Below are positions 1 to 9,514 of a stretch of 64,000 bases of DNA, piece by piece. Position 1 is the stretch's first letter. Each line of letters opens with the position of its first letter. Position numbers and translations under genes: made by a program. The DNA comes from Treponema sp. (GTDB lineage: Bacteria; Spirochaetota; Spirochaetia; Treponematales; Treponemataceae): the NCBI GenBank assembly GCA_045586625.1, contig JAZNAS010000108.1:28467-92466 (forward strand), in the 5' to 3' direction. The notes beneath the pieces were generated by a model that had not been told where the DNA came from, did not search any database, and was given only the letters and a program-made list of their open reading frames with translations.

Positions 1-1
1 T

Positions 2-130
2 GCTGGGGTTGGCTCTTCTGCACCAAGGCAAGGTGGTGGCTTCAATCTGGATGGTACAGGTTCAGTTCCCTCTCCCAATGATTTGAAAACACCTCCCTAT
101 TTGAGAAATAGAATTCAGTTGGGAGATTAA
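2..130 (+). CDS. ftsZ: 3' end of an FtsZ-like cell-division gene (partial, runs off the window start)
   Basis: Frame 2 is open from the window edge to TAA 128-130. The tail ...GGGFNLDGTGSVPSPNDLKTPPYLRNRIQLGD resembles the Gly-rich linker plus conserved C-terminal peptide of FtsZ (compare the Bacillus-type ...IPTFLRNR...). Confidence 0.45.
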   Translation, partial: AGVGSSAPRQGGGFNLDGTGSVPSPNDLKTPPYLRNRIQLGD

Positions 131-135
131 TTCCC

Positions 136-1098
136 TTGAAGCCAACCATTTCCGTCGCTTCAAAGTCAGAAAGCTCCTCTCCTGCTGGAGGGGAGTTGCT
201 TATTCGACGCTACTGTTCCCAGTTATTGACCGTAGACAGAAAGTCCCGGTTAACAGCGGAAACCTATAAGCTAGCGGTGGAGGAATTCTTTTATTGGCTG
301 CACGATACTTGTTCTTGTAAGGATATTACTTCCTGCCTTTCTGCATTGGTGGTGCAAGATATTACCAACTATCTGATTTGGAGAAGAACCCACCACAAGC
401 AGCAGCTGACAGTGGCCAAAGATATTTCCGCCCTTCGTTCCTTTGGAAGCTTTTTGGTGGAAGAAGGCATTTGGCAGGAAAATCTTGTTCAGCTGGTGGA
501 ACGGCCTAAAGTACAACGTGCTTTGCCACGGGTGTTGTCTGTGGAGCAGGTGGACGCTCTTTTGGCCGCCATTGATACTAGTGAGCCATTGGGAATTCGC
601 GACAGAGCTTTGTTTGAGCTGGTGTATTCCTGCGGCCTACGAATCAGCGAGGTGGCAGGGCTTTTGATGAGAAATGTGCATTTGCAGGAGCGGATGCTCA
701 TTGTGCTGGGAAAGGGCAGCAAGGAACGGGTGCTACCCTTTGGAGATGTAGCCTATGAATGGCTTTCCTTGTGGATTAAGGAAGGTCGCCCTGCCATTTT
801 GGGCAGTAAGCTGGTGGCGGAAGTCTTTGTAAATTATCGTGGACAACCCCTGTCAAGAAAGGGAATTTGGAAGCGGTTCCAAGAATTGGAAGCCTTGTCT
901 GGTGTTACTGCCAAGGTGCATACCCTTCGACACTCCTTTGCTACCCATCTCTTGTCTGGAGGGGCTGACCTTCGTTCCGTGCAGGAGCTTTTGGGCCATT
1001 CAGATTTATCTACCACCCAAATATATACACATATCGAAAAAGATGAATTACATTTATATCATAAGGAATTTTTCCCGGAGGTTCAAAATGAAAAATAG
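136..1098 (+). CDS. xerD: Xer-type tyrosine site-specific recombinase
   Basis: 320-aa ORF with a TTG start. It has the catalytic C-terminus HTLRHSFATHLL...LLGHSDLSTTQIYTHI. The XerD versus XerC assignment is tentative. Confidence 0.85.
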   Translation: MKPTISVASKSESSSPAGGELLIRRYCSQLLTVDRKSRLTAETYKLAVEEFFYWLHDTCSCKDITSCLSALVVQDITNYLIWRRTHHKQQLTVAKDISALRSFGSFLVEEGIWQENLVQLVERPKVQRALPRVLSVEQVDALLAAIDTSEPLGIRDRALFELVYSCGLRISEVAGLLMRNVHLQERMLIVLGKGSKERVLPFGDVAYEWLSLWIKEGRPAILGSKLVAEVFVNYRGQPLSRKGIWKRFQELEALSGVTAKVHTLRHSFATHLLSGGADLRSVQELLGHSDLSTTQIYTHIEKDELHLYHKEFFPEVQNEK

Positions 1099-1822
1099 AG
1101 GCTTTGCTTGCGTGGCAATCCTGATTGGAATTGCCTTGGCGCTTTCCAGTTGTGGTGGTACAAATGCCAAAAACGTCAAGAGAATGCAGCAACTGGAGGA
1201 GGGAGTTTCTAGTCCCACCACTGAAGCTGAGTTAAAAGAGGCCATTCAAAAATACCAGAGTCGGGTAGAGGACCTGGTTTTGGCCAACCAACAGATTGGC
1301 ATTTGGTACAAGATGCTTGGTTCCCGGTATCTTGACAACAAGATGTATGGTGAGGCTCTGGAAGCCTTCAGGATGGCCACAACCTACTATCCTGCCAATC
1401 AAAATCTCTATTATTATGTGGGGGTTTGTGCCGGCTACATGGCAAACCAGGCCTTGGATTATTCTGCTTCAGGCTCCACTGCTCAGAAATTCAATTATTT
1501 GAAATTGGCTGAGTCTGCCTATCTTGAAGCATTGAAAATTGATCCAAAGTATACCCGGGCCTTGTATGGTATTGGGGTGCTGTATATCTTTGAGCTGGAT
1601 GAGCCTGGAAAAGCGATTCCCTATCTGGAGACCTTGGCAAACATAGAAGCCCGCAATGTAGACGGCCTGTTCCTTTTGGCCAATGCCTATTATCAAACCT
1701 TTGAGTTTGACAAGGCCACGGCGGTGTACGACAAGATTATTTCCACCACCACCTCTGATGAGAAGAAGGCTCAGGCAGAGGCAAACAAGCGTCAGGTTCT
1801 TGAAGCAGCCTATGCGGGATGA
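1088..1822 (+). CDS. TPR-repeat lipoprotein
   Basis: In-frame ATG 1088 gives MKNRGFACVAILIGIALALSSC-GG, a signal peptide plus lipobox Cys. TPR-like repeats follow (AYLEALKIDPKYTRALYGIGVLY...). The 839 start in the ORF track would overlap xerD by about 260 nt. Confidence 0.75.
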   Translation: MKNRGFACVAILIGIALALSSCGGTNAKNVKRMQQLEEGVSSPTTEAELKEAIQKYQSRVEDLVLANQQIGIWYKMLGSRYLDNKMYGEALEAFRMATTYYPANQNLYYYVGVCAGYMANQALDYSASGSTAQKFNYLKLAESAYLEALKIDPKYTRALYGIGVLYIFELDEPGKAIPYLETLANIEARNVDGLFLLANAYYQTFEFDKATAVYDKIISTTTSDEKKAQAEANKRQVLEAAYAG

Positions 1823-2789
1823 GCTTCTTCCCCTGGCCATTGGTGCCATGCATTTTTTGTCCTTTCGAGAAAAACTCATTCTTGAGGAAAAACTTGACAC
1901 TATTGGCGACCTTGCAGTACTTTCTATTGATGAAATTTCTTGTATTGTAGGAAGAAGGATTCGTTCCCGTTGGTGGAAGGGTGCTGAATGTCAGAAGCAG
2001 GCTGAACACAGCAAAAAGCTGATGGAAATCTATGGAATTCATGGTGTGCTTCATCATCACTTGGACTATCCAGCCATGGTGGCAGAGATTTTTGATCCGC
2101 CTTACATGCTGTTTTATCGGGGAAATATTCAGGCGATGCAGGAGCCCTGCATTTCTGTGGTGGGAACCCGTAAGCCAACACCGGCAGTTGCCAAGGCCAC
2201 CTTTGATTTTTCCCAAGCGGCGGCCGATTGTGGCTATACCTTGGTTTCTGGTCTTGCCTTTGGCATTGATGCTGCTGTCCACAAGGGAGCCTTGGCTGGC
2301 AAGGGAAAGACGGTGGCGGTGTTGCCCTGTGGTGCCGACAGTGTGGTGCCTTTGAGCCATAAAAGGTTGGCCGCCGCCATACTGGAGCAGGGTGGTTGCC
2401 TCCTTTCTGAATATCTGCCGGGAGTTCCTGCGGAAAAATTTCGCTTTCCCCAGCGGAACAGAATCATAGCGGCCCTTTCTCCCGTTACGGTGGTGGCAGC
2501 AGCTCCAGAAAAGTCAGGTGCCTTGATTACAGCGGAATTCGCCTTGGAGCAGGGCAGGGACGTGTATCTTTTGGCCGCAGGCTTGGCTGAGCCATGTTGC
2601 AATCAAGGAATGGAAGCATATCGGCAGGATGGAGCGCCGGTTATCAGCTCTCTGGAAGAATATGAGGGGTGCCTGATAGCCCTACCTGGTGGAAGCGGGG
2701 ATGGTGCTTTGGACAGCGGGAGCTCTCGTGTTAGTAGGATTTCTGCCGAAACAAGATATTGTAGACAAGAGAAAAAATTATTATTTTAG
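1812..2789 (+). CDS. dprA: DNA-processing protein DprA/Smf
   Basis: ATG 1812 overlaps the upstream stop by 11 nt. DprA core motifs are present: VVGTRKPT, LVSGLAFGIDAAVHKGAL, FPQRNRIIAALS. Confidence 0.85.
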   Translation: MRDELLPLAIGAMHFLSFREKLILEEKLDTIGDLAVLSIDEISCIVGRRIRSRWWKGAECQKQAEHSKKLMEIYGIHGVLHHHLDYPAMVAEIFDPPYMLFYRGNIQAMQEPCISVVGTRKPTPAVAKATFDFSQAAADCGYTLVSGLAFGIDAAVHKGALAGKGKTVAVLPCGADSVVPLSHKRLAAAILEQGGCLLSEYLPGVPAEKFRFPQRNRIIAALSPVTVVAAAPEKSGALITAEFALEQGRDVYLLAAGLAEPCCNQGMEAYRQDGAPVISSLEEYEGCLIALPGGSGDGALDSGSSRVSRISAETRYCRQEKKLLF

Positions 2790-2797
2790 AGGTTGAC

Positions 2798-4945
2798 ATG
2801 GCTGAAACTAAGGCGACTGCCAAGAAAAAGACAAAGAAATCAACGCTGGTGATTGTGGAGTCTCCAGCAAAGGCAAAGACAATAGAAAAATATCTTGGCA
2901 CTGGTTATACCGTCAAGGCATCCATGGGCCATCTCATCGACCTTCCCAAGTCCCGTATGGCCATTGATGTGGACAATGGCTTTAACCCAGAGTACATTAC
3001 CGTTCGAGGCCGGGCAAAGCTTTTGCGTGAATTGCAAAAAGATGCAAAAAATGCTGACGAAGTGCTGCTGGCAAGCGATAATGACCGGGAGGGAGAATCC
3101 ATCGCCTGGCATTTGCGGCAAGCCTTTGAGGGAAAGACCGCTGCTCCCATCAAGCGAATTGTTTTCAACGAGATTACTCCCCAGGCCATTACCGAGGCCG
3201 TTACCGCTCCCTCCGACATTGATGAGTCCAAGGTGAATGCCCAGAAGGCTCGCCGTATCTTGGATAGATTGGTGGGATACAACCTTTCTCCCCTGCTGTG
3301 GAAGAAGGTCAAGAACGGCCTTTCTGCAGGTCGGGTTCAGTCTGTGGCCCTGCGATTGATTTGTGAGCGGGAAAAGGAAGTGGAGGAATTCATCCCGGAG
3401 GAATACTGGAGCCTGGATGCTGACTTTATCAAGGGAAAGTCAAAGTTCACTGCCCAGCTGGTGCAATATCAGGAGAAGAAGCCTGAGCTGCCCAACGAAA
3501 AATCAGTGCAGAAAATTATCGATGAAATAGGAAGCTCTGTATGTACCGTGGTGGACATCAAGGCCACGGAAAAAACGGTGCGCCCCAAGCCTCCCTTCAC
3601 CACCTCAAAACTGCAGCAGGCGGCAGCCAATCGCCTTGGCTTTACCTCCCGAAAAACCATGCAGATTGCCCAGCAGTTGTACGAAGGAGTGAATATCGGT
3701 TCCACCCGTGTGGGTCTCATCACCTATATGCGTACCGATTCAGTGCGTATTTCCCAGACAGCCATTGACGATGTGCGAAGGTGGTTGGGGGAGAATTTCC
3801 CCAATGAGCTGCCGGAAGTGGCCATTGAATACACCGTGGGAAAAAAGGCTCAGGATGCCCACGAAGGTATCCGCCCTACCTACACCTCCTACACTCCCGA
3901 TTTTGTGAAGGAATATCTGACTCGTGACCAGCTGCGGCTTTACACCATCATTTGGGAGCGATTCGTTTCCAGCCAGATGAACAATGCAAGAACCCGTACC
4001 ACCAGCGTGGACATTCAGGCAGGAAATGCCCTGTTCCGTGTTTCTGCCAGCAAGGTGGTGGACAAGGGCTTTTACAAGGTAATCAAATTGCTTTCCTCCA
4101 AGGAAGATTCCTCTGGTTCCCTTCCCTCATTGAAGGTGGGAGAAGAGCTTGCCGCCCAGAAATTTTATCCTGAGCAGCACTTTACCCAAGGACCAGCCCG
4201 CTACACCGATGCCTCCATCGTAAAGACCCTGGAAGAAAAGGGCATTGGTCGCCCTTCCACCTACGCACCCATTATTTCCGTGTTGCTGGACCGCTACTAT
4301 GTTACCCGCAGCAACAAGCAGCTTGTTCCCACACCCCTTGGACGAATCATTAATGACATCCTGGTGGAATCCTTCCCGGAGGTGGTAAACGAAAATTTCA
4401 CCGCCCGTGTGGAAACTGAATTGGACGAGATTGAGGAGGACAAGGTAGAGTGGTCGAAGATGCTGGGTGATTTTTTCTTCCCCTTCCGAGACAAGGTGGA
4501 AACCGTAATGGCCACCTACGAAAGCCTGAAGGGCTCCATGGACGAGCCCACCGACAAGCTGTGCGACAAGTGCGGTCGTCCCATGGTAAAGAAGCTGGGA
4601 CGATTCGGCTTTTTCTTGGCCTGTTCTGGTTTCCCGGAGTGCTATAGCACCCGTTCCATCCCCCTGGCCCGTTGTCCTCGGCCTGGTTGTACCGGAGAGA
4701 TTGTTGCCCGAAAGACAAAGGGACGTGGCAAGGAATTCTACGGTTGCACCAATTACCCAGAATGTGACTTTATCAGCCACTTCAAGCCCATTGACGTGTA
4801 TTGTCCCAAGTGCGGTCAGTTCATGGTAGAAAAGTATGACAAGAAAAACGGCAGCTACAAGGCTTGCATCAACCCGGACTGTGATTATCTCCATCTGGGA
4901 GAGAATCCTGAGCCAATCATTGCCGAAGGTGAGCTTGACTCATGA
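2798..4945 (+). CDS. topA: DNA topoisomerase I
   Basis: TOPRIM N-terminus LVIVESPAKAKTIEKYLG, DNDREGE, and the type IA core. The C-terminus carries several Cys4 zinc-ribbon repeats (CDKCGRPM, CPRPGC, CPKCGQ). Confidence 0.95.
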   Translation: MAETKATAKKKTKKSTLVIVESPAKAKTIEKYLGTGYTVKASMGHLIDLPKSRMAIDVDNGFNPEYITVRGRAKLLRELQKDAKNADEVLLASDNDREGESIAWHLRQAFEGKTAAPIKRIVFNEITPQAITEAVTAPSDIDESKVNAQKARRILDRLVGYNLSPLLWKKVKNGLSAGRVQSVALRLICEREKEVEEFIPEEYWSLDADFIKGKSKFTAQLVQYQEKKPELPNEKSVQKIIDEIGSSVCTVVDIKATEKTVRPKPPFTTSKLQQAAANRLGFTSRKTMQIAQQLYEGVNIGSTRVGLITYMRTDSVRISQTAIDDVRRWLGENFPNELPEVAIEYTVGKKAQDAHEGIRPTYTSYTPDFVKEYLTRDQLRLYTIIWERFVSSQMNNARTRTTSVDIQAGNALFRVSASKVVDKGFYKVIKLLSSKEDSSGSLPSLKVGEELAAQKFYPEQHFTQGPARYTDASIVKTLEEKGIGRPSTYAPIISVLLDRYYVTRSNKQLVPTPLGRIINDILVESFPEVVNENFTARVETELDEIEEDKVEWSKMLGDFFFPFRDKVETVMATYESLKGSMDEPTDKLCDKCGRPMVKKLGRFGFFLACSGFPECYSTRSIPLARCPRPGCTGEIVARKTKGRGKEFYGCTNYPECDFISHFKPIDVYCPKCGQFMVEKYDKKNGSYKACINPDCDYLHLGENPEPIIAEGELDS

Positions 4946-5919
4946 GCTCTTGTCCCGCCTGCCTTACTGATGCAATAGAAGAATTCCTCTCTTATCAACA
5001 AGGTGTTCGCTGTCTTTCTGCAAACACCCTGGCAGGCTATAGCAATGATCTTGGAAAGCTGGTGGCTTTTTTGGATGGTCAGCGTCCCTTGGATTCTGTC
5101 ACCAAGGAAGATTTGCGCTATTGCATGGGTGAATTGACCATGCAGGGTTCAGCAGCCTCCAGTGTAAATCGCTTTTTGGCGGCAGTCCGCTCTCTTTTTG
5201 CCTATTGCCGTCGCTTTGGGTATATCAAGATAAATCCCGCTTCAGAAATCCACACCGTAAAGCAACCAAAGCAGCTGCCCAAGTTTATGACAGCTTCCGA
5301 GGTGCAAGAGCTTTGTGCCGCTCCGGAAAAGACCTCCTTGCTGTGGGAAGCCCGGGACAAGGCTCTGTTCCAGATGTTTTATTCTTCTGGCTGCCGTGTT
5401 GCAGAGATGGCAGGGCTTGCCTTGGAGGATTTTTCCCAGGACCTGACTTCTGCCATTGTCCGGGGAAAGGGTGGAAAGGAGCGCAGGGTTTTCTTTACCA
5501 ATGCAGCCTGCACCGCACTGAAGGAATATCTTCCTCAGCGGCAACAAAAGTTGCTCCGTTCAGGAAAGGAAAATTCCAGTCAGCCTGTCCGCTCCTTATT
5601 CTTGAACAATCAGGGGGGACCCCTCACTACCAGAGGAATGCGTTATATTCTTTCCCGGTATTCAGGAGTGGAAGGAACGAACAATCCTGTGTCTCCCCAT
5701 GCCTTTCGCCATACCTTTGCCACCGCCCTCTTGTCTAATGGGGCCGATGTCCGTATGGTGCAGGAAATGCTGGGACATTCCAGTATTTCAACTACCCAAC
5801 GGTATACCCATATTACTACAGCTCAGTTAGTAAAGACATATAATCAGGCTCATCCCCACGGGGGCACTGACAGGAAAGCTCCTGCTGTCTCCCGTGAAGA
5901 TGGGAATTCAGGAGATTGA
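4942..5919 (+). CDS. xerC: Xer-type tyrosine recombinase (CodV/XerC position)
   Basis: ATGA overlap with topA. The catalytic C-terminus is [12 protein letters not shown]...[16 protein letters not shown]. It sits between topA and hslV, like Bacillus codV. Confidence 0.85.
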   Translation: MSSCPACLTDAIEEFLSYQQGVRCLSANTLAGYSNDLGKLVAFLDGQRPLDSVTKEDLRYCMGELTMQGSAASSVNRFLAAVRSLFAYCRRFGYIKINPASEIHTVKQPKQLPKFMTASEVQELCAAPEKTSLLWEARDKALFQMFYSSGCRVAEMAGLALEDFSQDLTSAIVRGKGGKERRVFFTNAACTALKEYLPQRQQKLLRSGKENSSQPVRSLFLNNQGGPLTTRGMRYILSRYSGVEGTNNPVSPHAFRHTFATALLSNGADVRMVQEMLGHSSISTTQRYTHITTAQLVKTYNQAHPHGGTDRKAPAVSREDGNSGD

Positions 5920-5921
5920 TA

Positions 5922-6479
5922 ATGAAAAAACCTCAGATTCGTAGCACCACCGTCATCGCGGTAAAAAAAGATGGAAAGGTGGCCATGGCCGGTGACGGTC
6001 AGGTAACCATGGGAAATACGGTTATGAAGGGCAATGCCCGAAAGGTTCGCCGTATGTACGACGGAAAGGTGTTGACTGGTTTTGCAGGGGCCACTGCCGA
6101 TGCCTTCAACCTTTTTGATAAATTCGAAGCAAAAATCAAGGAGTATGCAGGGGATTTAACCCGTGCGGCGGTGGAGCTGGCCAAGCAATGGCGTACCGAC
6201 AAGGCTCTCCGTCAGCTGGAGGCATTGTTGCTGGTGGCAGACCAAAATAAAATCCTTTTGATTTCTGGAACTGGTGACGTCATTGAGCCGGAAAAGGATG
6301 TGTTGGCCATTGGTTCCGGAGGGAATTATGCCTATGCTGCAGCCTTGGCCTATCTTGAATCTTCTGATTTGTCTGCCAAGGAAATTGCAGAAAAAAGCCT
6401 GAGAATTGCCGGTGACATCTGCATTTATACAAACAATCACATTACGGTGGAAGAATTGTCCTCCACAAAGGAGCTTTAA
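5922..6479 (+). CDS. hslV: ATP-dependent protease subunit HslV
   Basis: GGAG is followed by 7 nt and then ATG 5922. The sequence [29 protein letters not shown]... is typical of HslV/ClpQ. Confidence 0.92.
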   Translation: MKKPQIRSTTVIAVKKDGKVAMAGDGQVTMGNTVMKGNARKVRRMYDGKVLTGFAGATADAFNLFDKFEAKIKEYAGDLTRAAVELAKQWRTDKALRQLEALLLVADQNKILLISGTGDVIEPEKDVLAIGSGGNYAYAAALAYLESSDLSAKEIAEKSLRIAGDICIYTNNHITVEELSSTKEL

Positions 6480-6481
6480 TC

Positions 6482-7936
6482 ATGGAAGTGCTTGAGCATA
6501 CAGAAGATGGATCTGCCTTGACCCCAAAGGAAATCGTGGCTCGTCTTGATACCTATATTATTGGCCAGCAGCAGGCAAAGAAGGCCGTTGCCATTGCCCT
6601 GCGGAACCGCTATCGTCGCCTGCTTTTGCCAGAGGATATTCGTGATGAGGTGGCTCCCAAAAACATCCTGATGATCGGTCCCACTGGCGTGGGAAAGACA
6701 GAGATTGCCCGCCGTCTTGCCAAGCTGTGCAAGGCCCCCTTCCTGAAGGTGGAGGCCACCAAGTACACAGAGGTTGGCTATGTTGGCCGTGATGTGGAGT
6801 CTATGGTTCGTGACCTGATGGCCGTGGGCTACAACATGGTAAAGGAGGAAATGCAGGAAACCCTTCGTCAGCAGGCAGAAACCAGGGTAGAGGAGGACCT
6901 TCTGGACTTGCTCTTGCCTGGAAGTCGCCCTGATAAGTCCAGTGACTCTTCATCCGGTGGAACTTTGCCCTTTACCATCTTTGGAACACCAGCTCCCACT
7001 TCCAGCGATAGTGCCTCCACCCCAAAAATTGAGGGTCAGGATGCCCAGCAGCTGTCCTCCACCCGGGAAAAATTCCGTACCATGCTGCGAGAAGGAAGGC
7101 TGGAGGAGCGGGAGGTTGATGTCACTGTGAAAAAGCAGAACAACATGCCCACCATGGAAATTTTTGCTGGTGGCAATATGGAGGATTTGGAGGCAGGAAT
7201 GCGCCAGATTACCTCCTTGTTCAACGGAAACCGCACCAGGAAAAAGACTGTTTCCATCCGGGAGGCCCGCATCATTCTGACAGAAGACCATCTGGATAGG
7301 ATGATTGACCCGGACAAGGTTTCTGACGAGGCTCGCCAGCGGGTGGAGCAGTCAGGTATCATCTTCATCGATGAAATCGACAAGATTGCGGTGAAGGGTG
7401 AGCGTGGTGGCCAGGACGTGTCCCGCGAGGGTGTTCAGCGGGACATCCTGCCCATTGTAGAAGGCTCCAAGGTCAACACAAAGTACGGCGTGGTGGACAC
7501 CACCCACATCCTGTTCATCGCAGCAGGAGCCTTTAGCCTGGCATCTCCCTCCGACTTGATTCCTGAGCTTCAAGGTCGCTTTCCCCTGCGGGTGGAGCTG
7601 GATTCCCTTCATGCAGAGGATTTCCGCCGTATTTTGCTGGAGCCCAAGAATGCCCTTACCAAGCAGTACGCCGCCCTTTTGGCCACAGAAAAGGTTACCA
7701 TTGTTTTTGCCGACGATGCCATTGACCGCATGAGCTTCCTGGCAGCAGATGTAAATTCTCGCTCAGAGAATATCGGTGCCCGGCGGCTCCACACCATCAT
7801 GGAAACCCTGCTGGAGGAGCTTTCCTTTGAGGCGGACGAGCACGCTGGTGAAACAATCACCATCACCAGCGAGTATGTGGATACAAGATTGCAGAATATT
7901 GTGGAAAATCAGGATTTGTCGCGGTATATTTTGTAG
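6482..7936 (+). CDS. hslU: ATP-dependent protease ATPase subunit HslU
   Basis: Walker A GPTGVGKTEIARRLA, Walker B IIFIDEIDKI, and the C-terminus ...RRLHTIMETLLEE. Confidence 0.95.
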   Translation: MEVLEHTEDGSALTPKEIVARLDTYIIGQQQAKKAVAIALRNRYRRLLLPEDIRDEVAPKNILMIGPTGVGKTEIARRLAKLCKAPFLKVEATKYTEVGYVGRDVESMVRDLMAVGYNMVKEEMQETLRQQAETRVEEDLLDLLLPGSRPDKSSDSSSGGTLPFTIFGTPAPTSSDSASTPKIEGQDAQQLSSTREKFRTMLREGRLEEREVDVTVKKQNNMPTMEIFAGGNMEDLEAGMRQITSLFNGNRTRKKTVSIREARIILTEDHLDRMIDPDKVSDEARQRVEQSGIIFIDEIDKIAVKGERGGQDVSREGVQRDILPIVEGSKVNTKYGVVDTTHILFIAAGAFSLASPSDLIPELQGRFPLRVELDSLHAEDFRRILLEPKNALTKQYAALLATEKVTIVFADDAIDRMSFLAADVNSRSENIGARRLHTIMETLLEELSFEADEHAGETITITSEYVDTRLQNIVENQDLSRYIL

Positions 7937-7956
7937 CTTTCTACTAAACATACGTC

Positions 7957-7985
7957 TTGAAATTGCCGATATGAAGTACTAGAAT
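7957..7985 (+). promoter_or_regulatory. sigma70-type promoter of the flgB flagellar operon
   Basis: TTGAAA (7957-7962), a 17-nt spacer, then TAGAAT (7980-7985). GGAGG 8014-8018 and ATG 8027 lie downstream. Confidence 0.6.
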
Positions 7986-8026
7986 GGTGAAACCTTTTGG
8001 GTTTACCTAATTTGGAGGTTAATGGA

Positions 8027-8443
8027 ATGAGTTCATTTTCACGGTCAGTAGACTTGTTGCACAGGGCGATGGATGCCAGTACCTTGCGGTATCAGGTGTC
8101 CGCCAACAACCTGGCTAACGCCGAGGTGCCTAATTTCAAACGAACATCAATCAGCTTTGAAAGCGAGTTGAAGCGTGCCATTGAGTCTGAACGGAATTCC
8201 AAGGATGCCTTCCAGATGATTACCACCCACGAGGGACACATTCAGTCTGAAGGATTCCAGGATTATCGTGATGTGGAGCCTCGCCGGGTAACTGACTACT
8301 ACACCACCTCAAAGGCCAACGGCAACAATGTTGATGCAGAGCAGGAAGCCATGGATATCCTGAAGACACAGCTGAATTACCAGCTTTTGACCCAGATGCA
8401 GGCCTTTGAATTTTCCCAAGTGAAAATCGCCATGCAGAAATAA
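8027..8443 (+). CDS. flgB: flagellar basal-body rod protein FlgB
   Basis: ATG 8027 lies 8 nt after GGAGG. The rod-protein N-terminus is LRYQVSANNLANAEVPNFKR. Confidence 0.9.
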   Translation: MSSFSRSVDLLHRAMDASTLRYQVSANNLANAEVPNFKRTSISFESELKRAIESERNSKDAFQMITTHEGHIQSEGFQDYRDVEPRRVTDYYTTSKANGNNVDAEQEAMDILKTQLNYQLLTQMQAFEFSQVKIAMQK

Positions 8444-8462
8444 GGTTTGGAGGAATTAAAGG

Positions 8463-8918
8463 ATGGGACTTTTTACCAGTATAAATATTGCAGCTACAGG
8501 AATGAGCGTCGAGCGGCTGCGCACGGACGTGATTGCAAACAACATCGCCAATGCATCCACCACCCGTACTCCAGAAGGTGGAAAATTTCAGCGCCAGACT
8601 GTGGTGCTCCAGACCTTGGGCCAGGAAAACATTTTCCGTAATCCCTATGTTCCTTCTGATTTGGATGAGGGACCTGGCCTGGGAGTAAAGGTAAGCCGCA
8701 TCGTGTCGGATACTTCTGAGGGACGCATGGTCTATGACCCCAGCCACCCAGATGCAATCAAGTCTGGTCCCAACGCTGGCTACGTGGAGTATCCCAATGT
8801 TAACGTAGTAAATGAAATGGTTGACTTGATTTCCGCATCCCGTGCTTACGAGGCCAATTCTTCTGTAATTCAGGGATCAAAGGAAATGTTCAACAGTGCT
8901 TTGCAAATTGCCCAGTAG
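8463..8918 (+). CDS. flgC: flagellar basal-body rod protein FlgC
   Basis: MGLFTSINIAATGMSVERLRTDVIANNIANASTT... and the C-terminus SRAYEANSSVIQ. Confidence 0.92.
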   Translation: MGLFTSINIAATGMSVERLRTDVIANNIANASTTRTPEGGKFQRQTVVLQTLGQENIFRNPYVPSDLDEGPGLGVKVSRIVSDTSEGRMVYDPSHPDAIKSGPNAGYVEYPNVNVVNEMVDLISASRAYEANSSVIQGSKEMFNSALQIAQ

Positions 8919-9003
8919 GGAAATTGATAGGGCATAAAATGAAGTGAGACTTGTAGTGTGTAACAGGCTGATTTTATTGAAAATGTAGTTTTGGAGGTAG
9001 AGG

Positions 9004-9354
9004 ATGATAGGTAACTTTGAATTGACACGAACCCACTCAGCTCATATTGGTTCTGCACCAGTTGTTTCTGCCCGTGGTATGGCCGGTGCAGGCCAGTTGT
9101 CTGGCTCCAGCCAGAGTGAGGGCTTGGGAAAGGCTCGTTCCTTTGACAGTTATCTGGTGGAGGCTGTGGATTATGTAAACAACAAGCAGATGGCCTCTGC
9201 TGCTAACGTAGAAAAGTTAATCATCGATCCTGATTCTGTTGATATTCACGATGTGACAACAGCCATGGCAGAGGCAAATATGTCCTTGAGCCTTGCCCAG
9301 ACGGTAATCAGTCGCATGGTCAGCAGCTGGAACGAAATTACTACAACACGGTAA
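9004..9354 (+). CDS. fliE: flagellar hook-basal body complex protein FliE
   Basis: Supported by size, operon position and the C-terminus MAEANMSLSLAQTVISRMVSSWNEI. Confidence 0.85.
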   Translation: MIGNFELTRTHSAHIGSAPVVSARGMAGAGQLSGSSQSEGLGKARSFDSYLVEAVDYVNNKQMASAANVEKLIIDPDSVDIHDVTTAMAEANMSLSLAQTVISRMVSSWNEITTTR

Positions 9355-9514
9355 GGCATTTTCGGGTTTGCTGTGCCTGTCTTTTTTGCAGGGTTTTGGA
9401 ATTTGTGGCTATAGTGGAAAATTGTGGCCATAAGTGGCATTTGTTATAACGATTAGAAATTGTTTCTGGTTCGTTCGTTGGAGGGGGGGAATACCTCTCC
9501 TATGGGAGGCATAA

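Noticed and set aside
839-1087. Upstream extensions of track ORFs: 839 for the TPR lipoprotein, 1683 for dprA, 17062 for GT4, 21701, 23326, 27744, 36839, 43828 and 57326.
   Set aside because: The extensions overlap the preceding gene or a promoter. Internal ATGs give canonical N-termini (signal peptide, lipobox, family-typical starts).
4127-4894. 255-aa ORF antisense to topA. Similar antisense ORFs are 1737-2360, 10463-11173, 23883-24560, 27086-27724, 34765-35376, 46951-47622, 52993-53583, 54641-55324, 58969-59562 and 62253-62882.
   Set aside because: Each lies wholly inside a confidently identified gene on the other strand and shows no recognisable motifs. Such shadow ORFs are expected at about 50% GC or higher.
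136-5919. Two tyrosine recombinases within 6 kb, considered as a possible integrated mobile element.
   Set aside because: Both carry Xer-type signatures and sit in a conserved housekeeping context (ftsZ tail, dprA, topA, hslVU). I saw no flanking direct repeats, phage genes or tRNA target.
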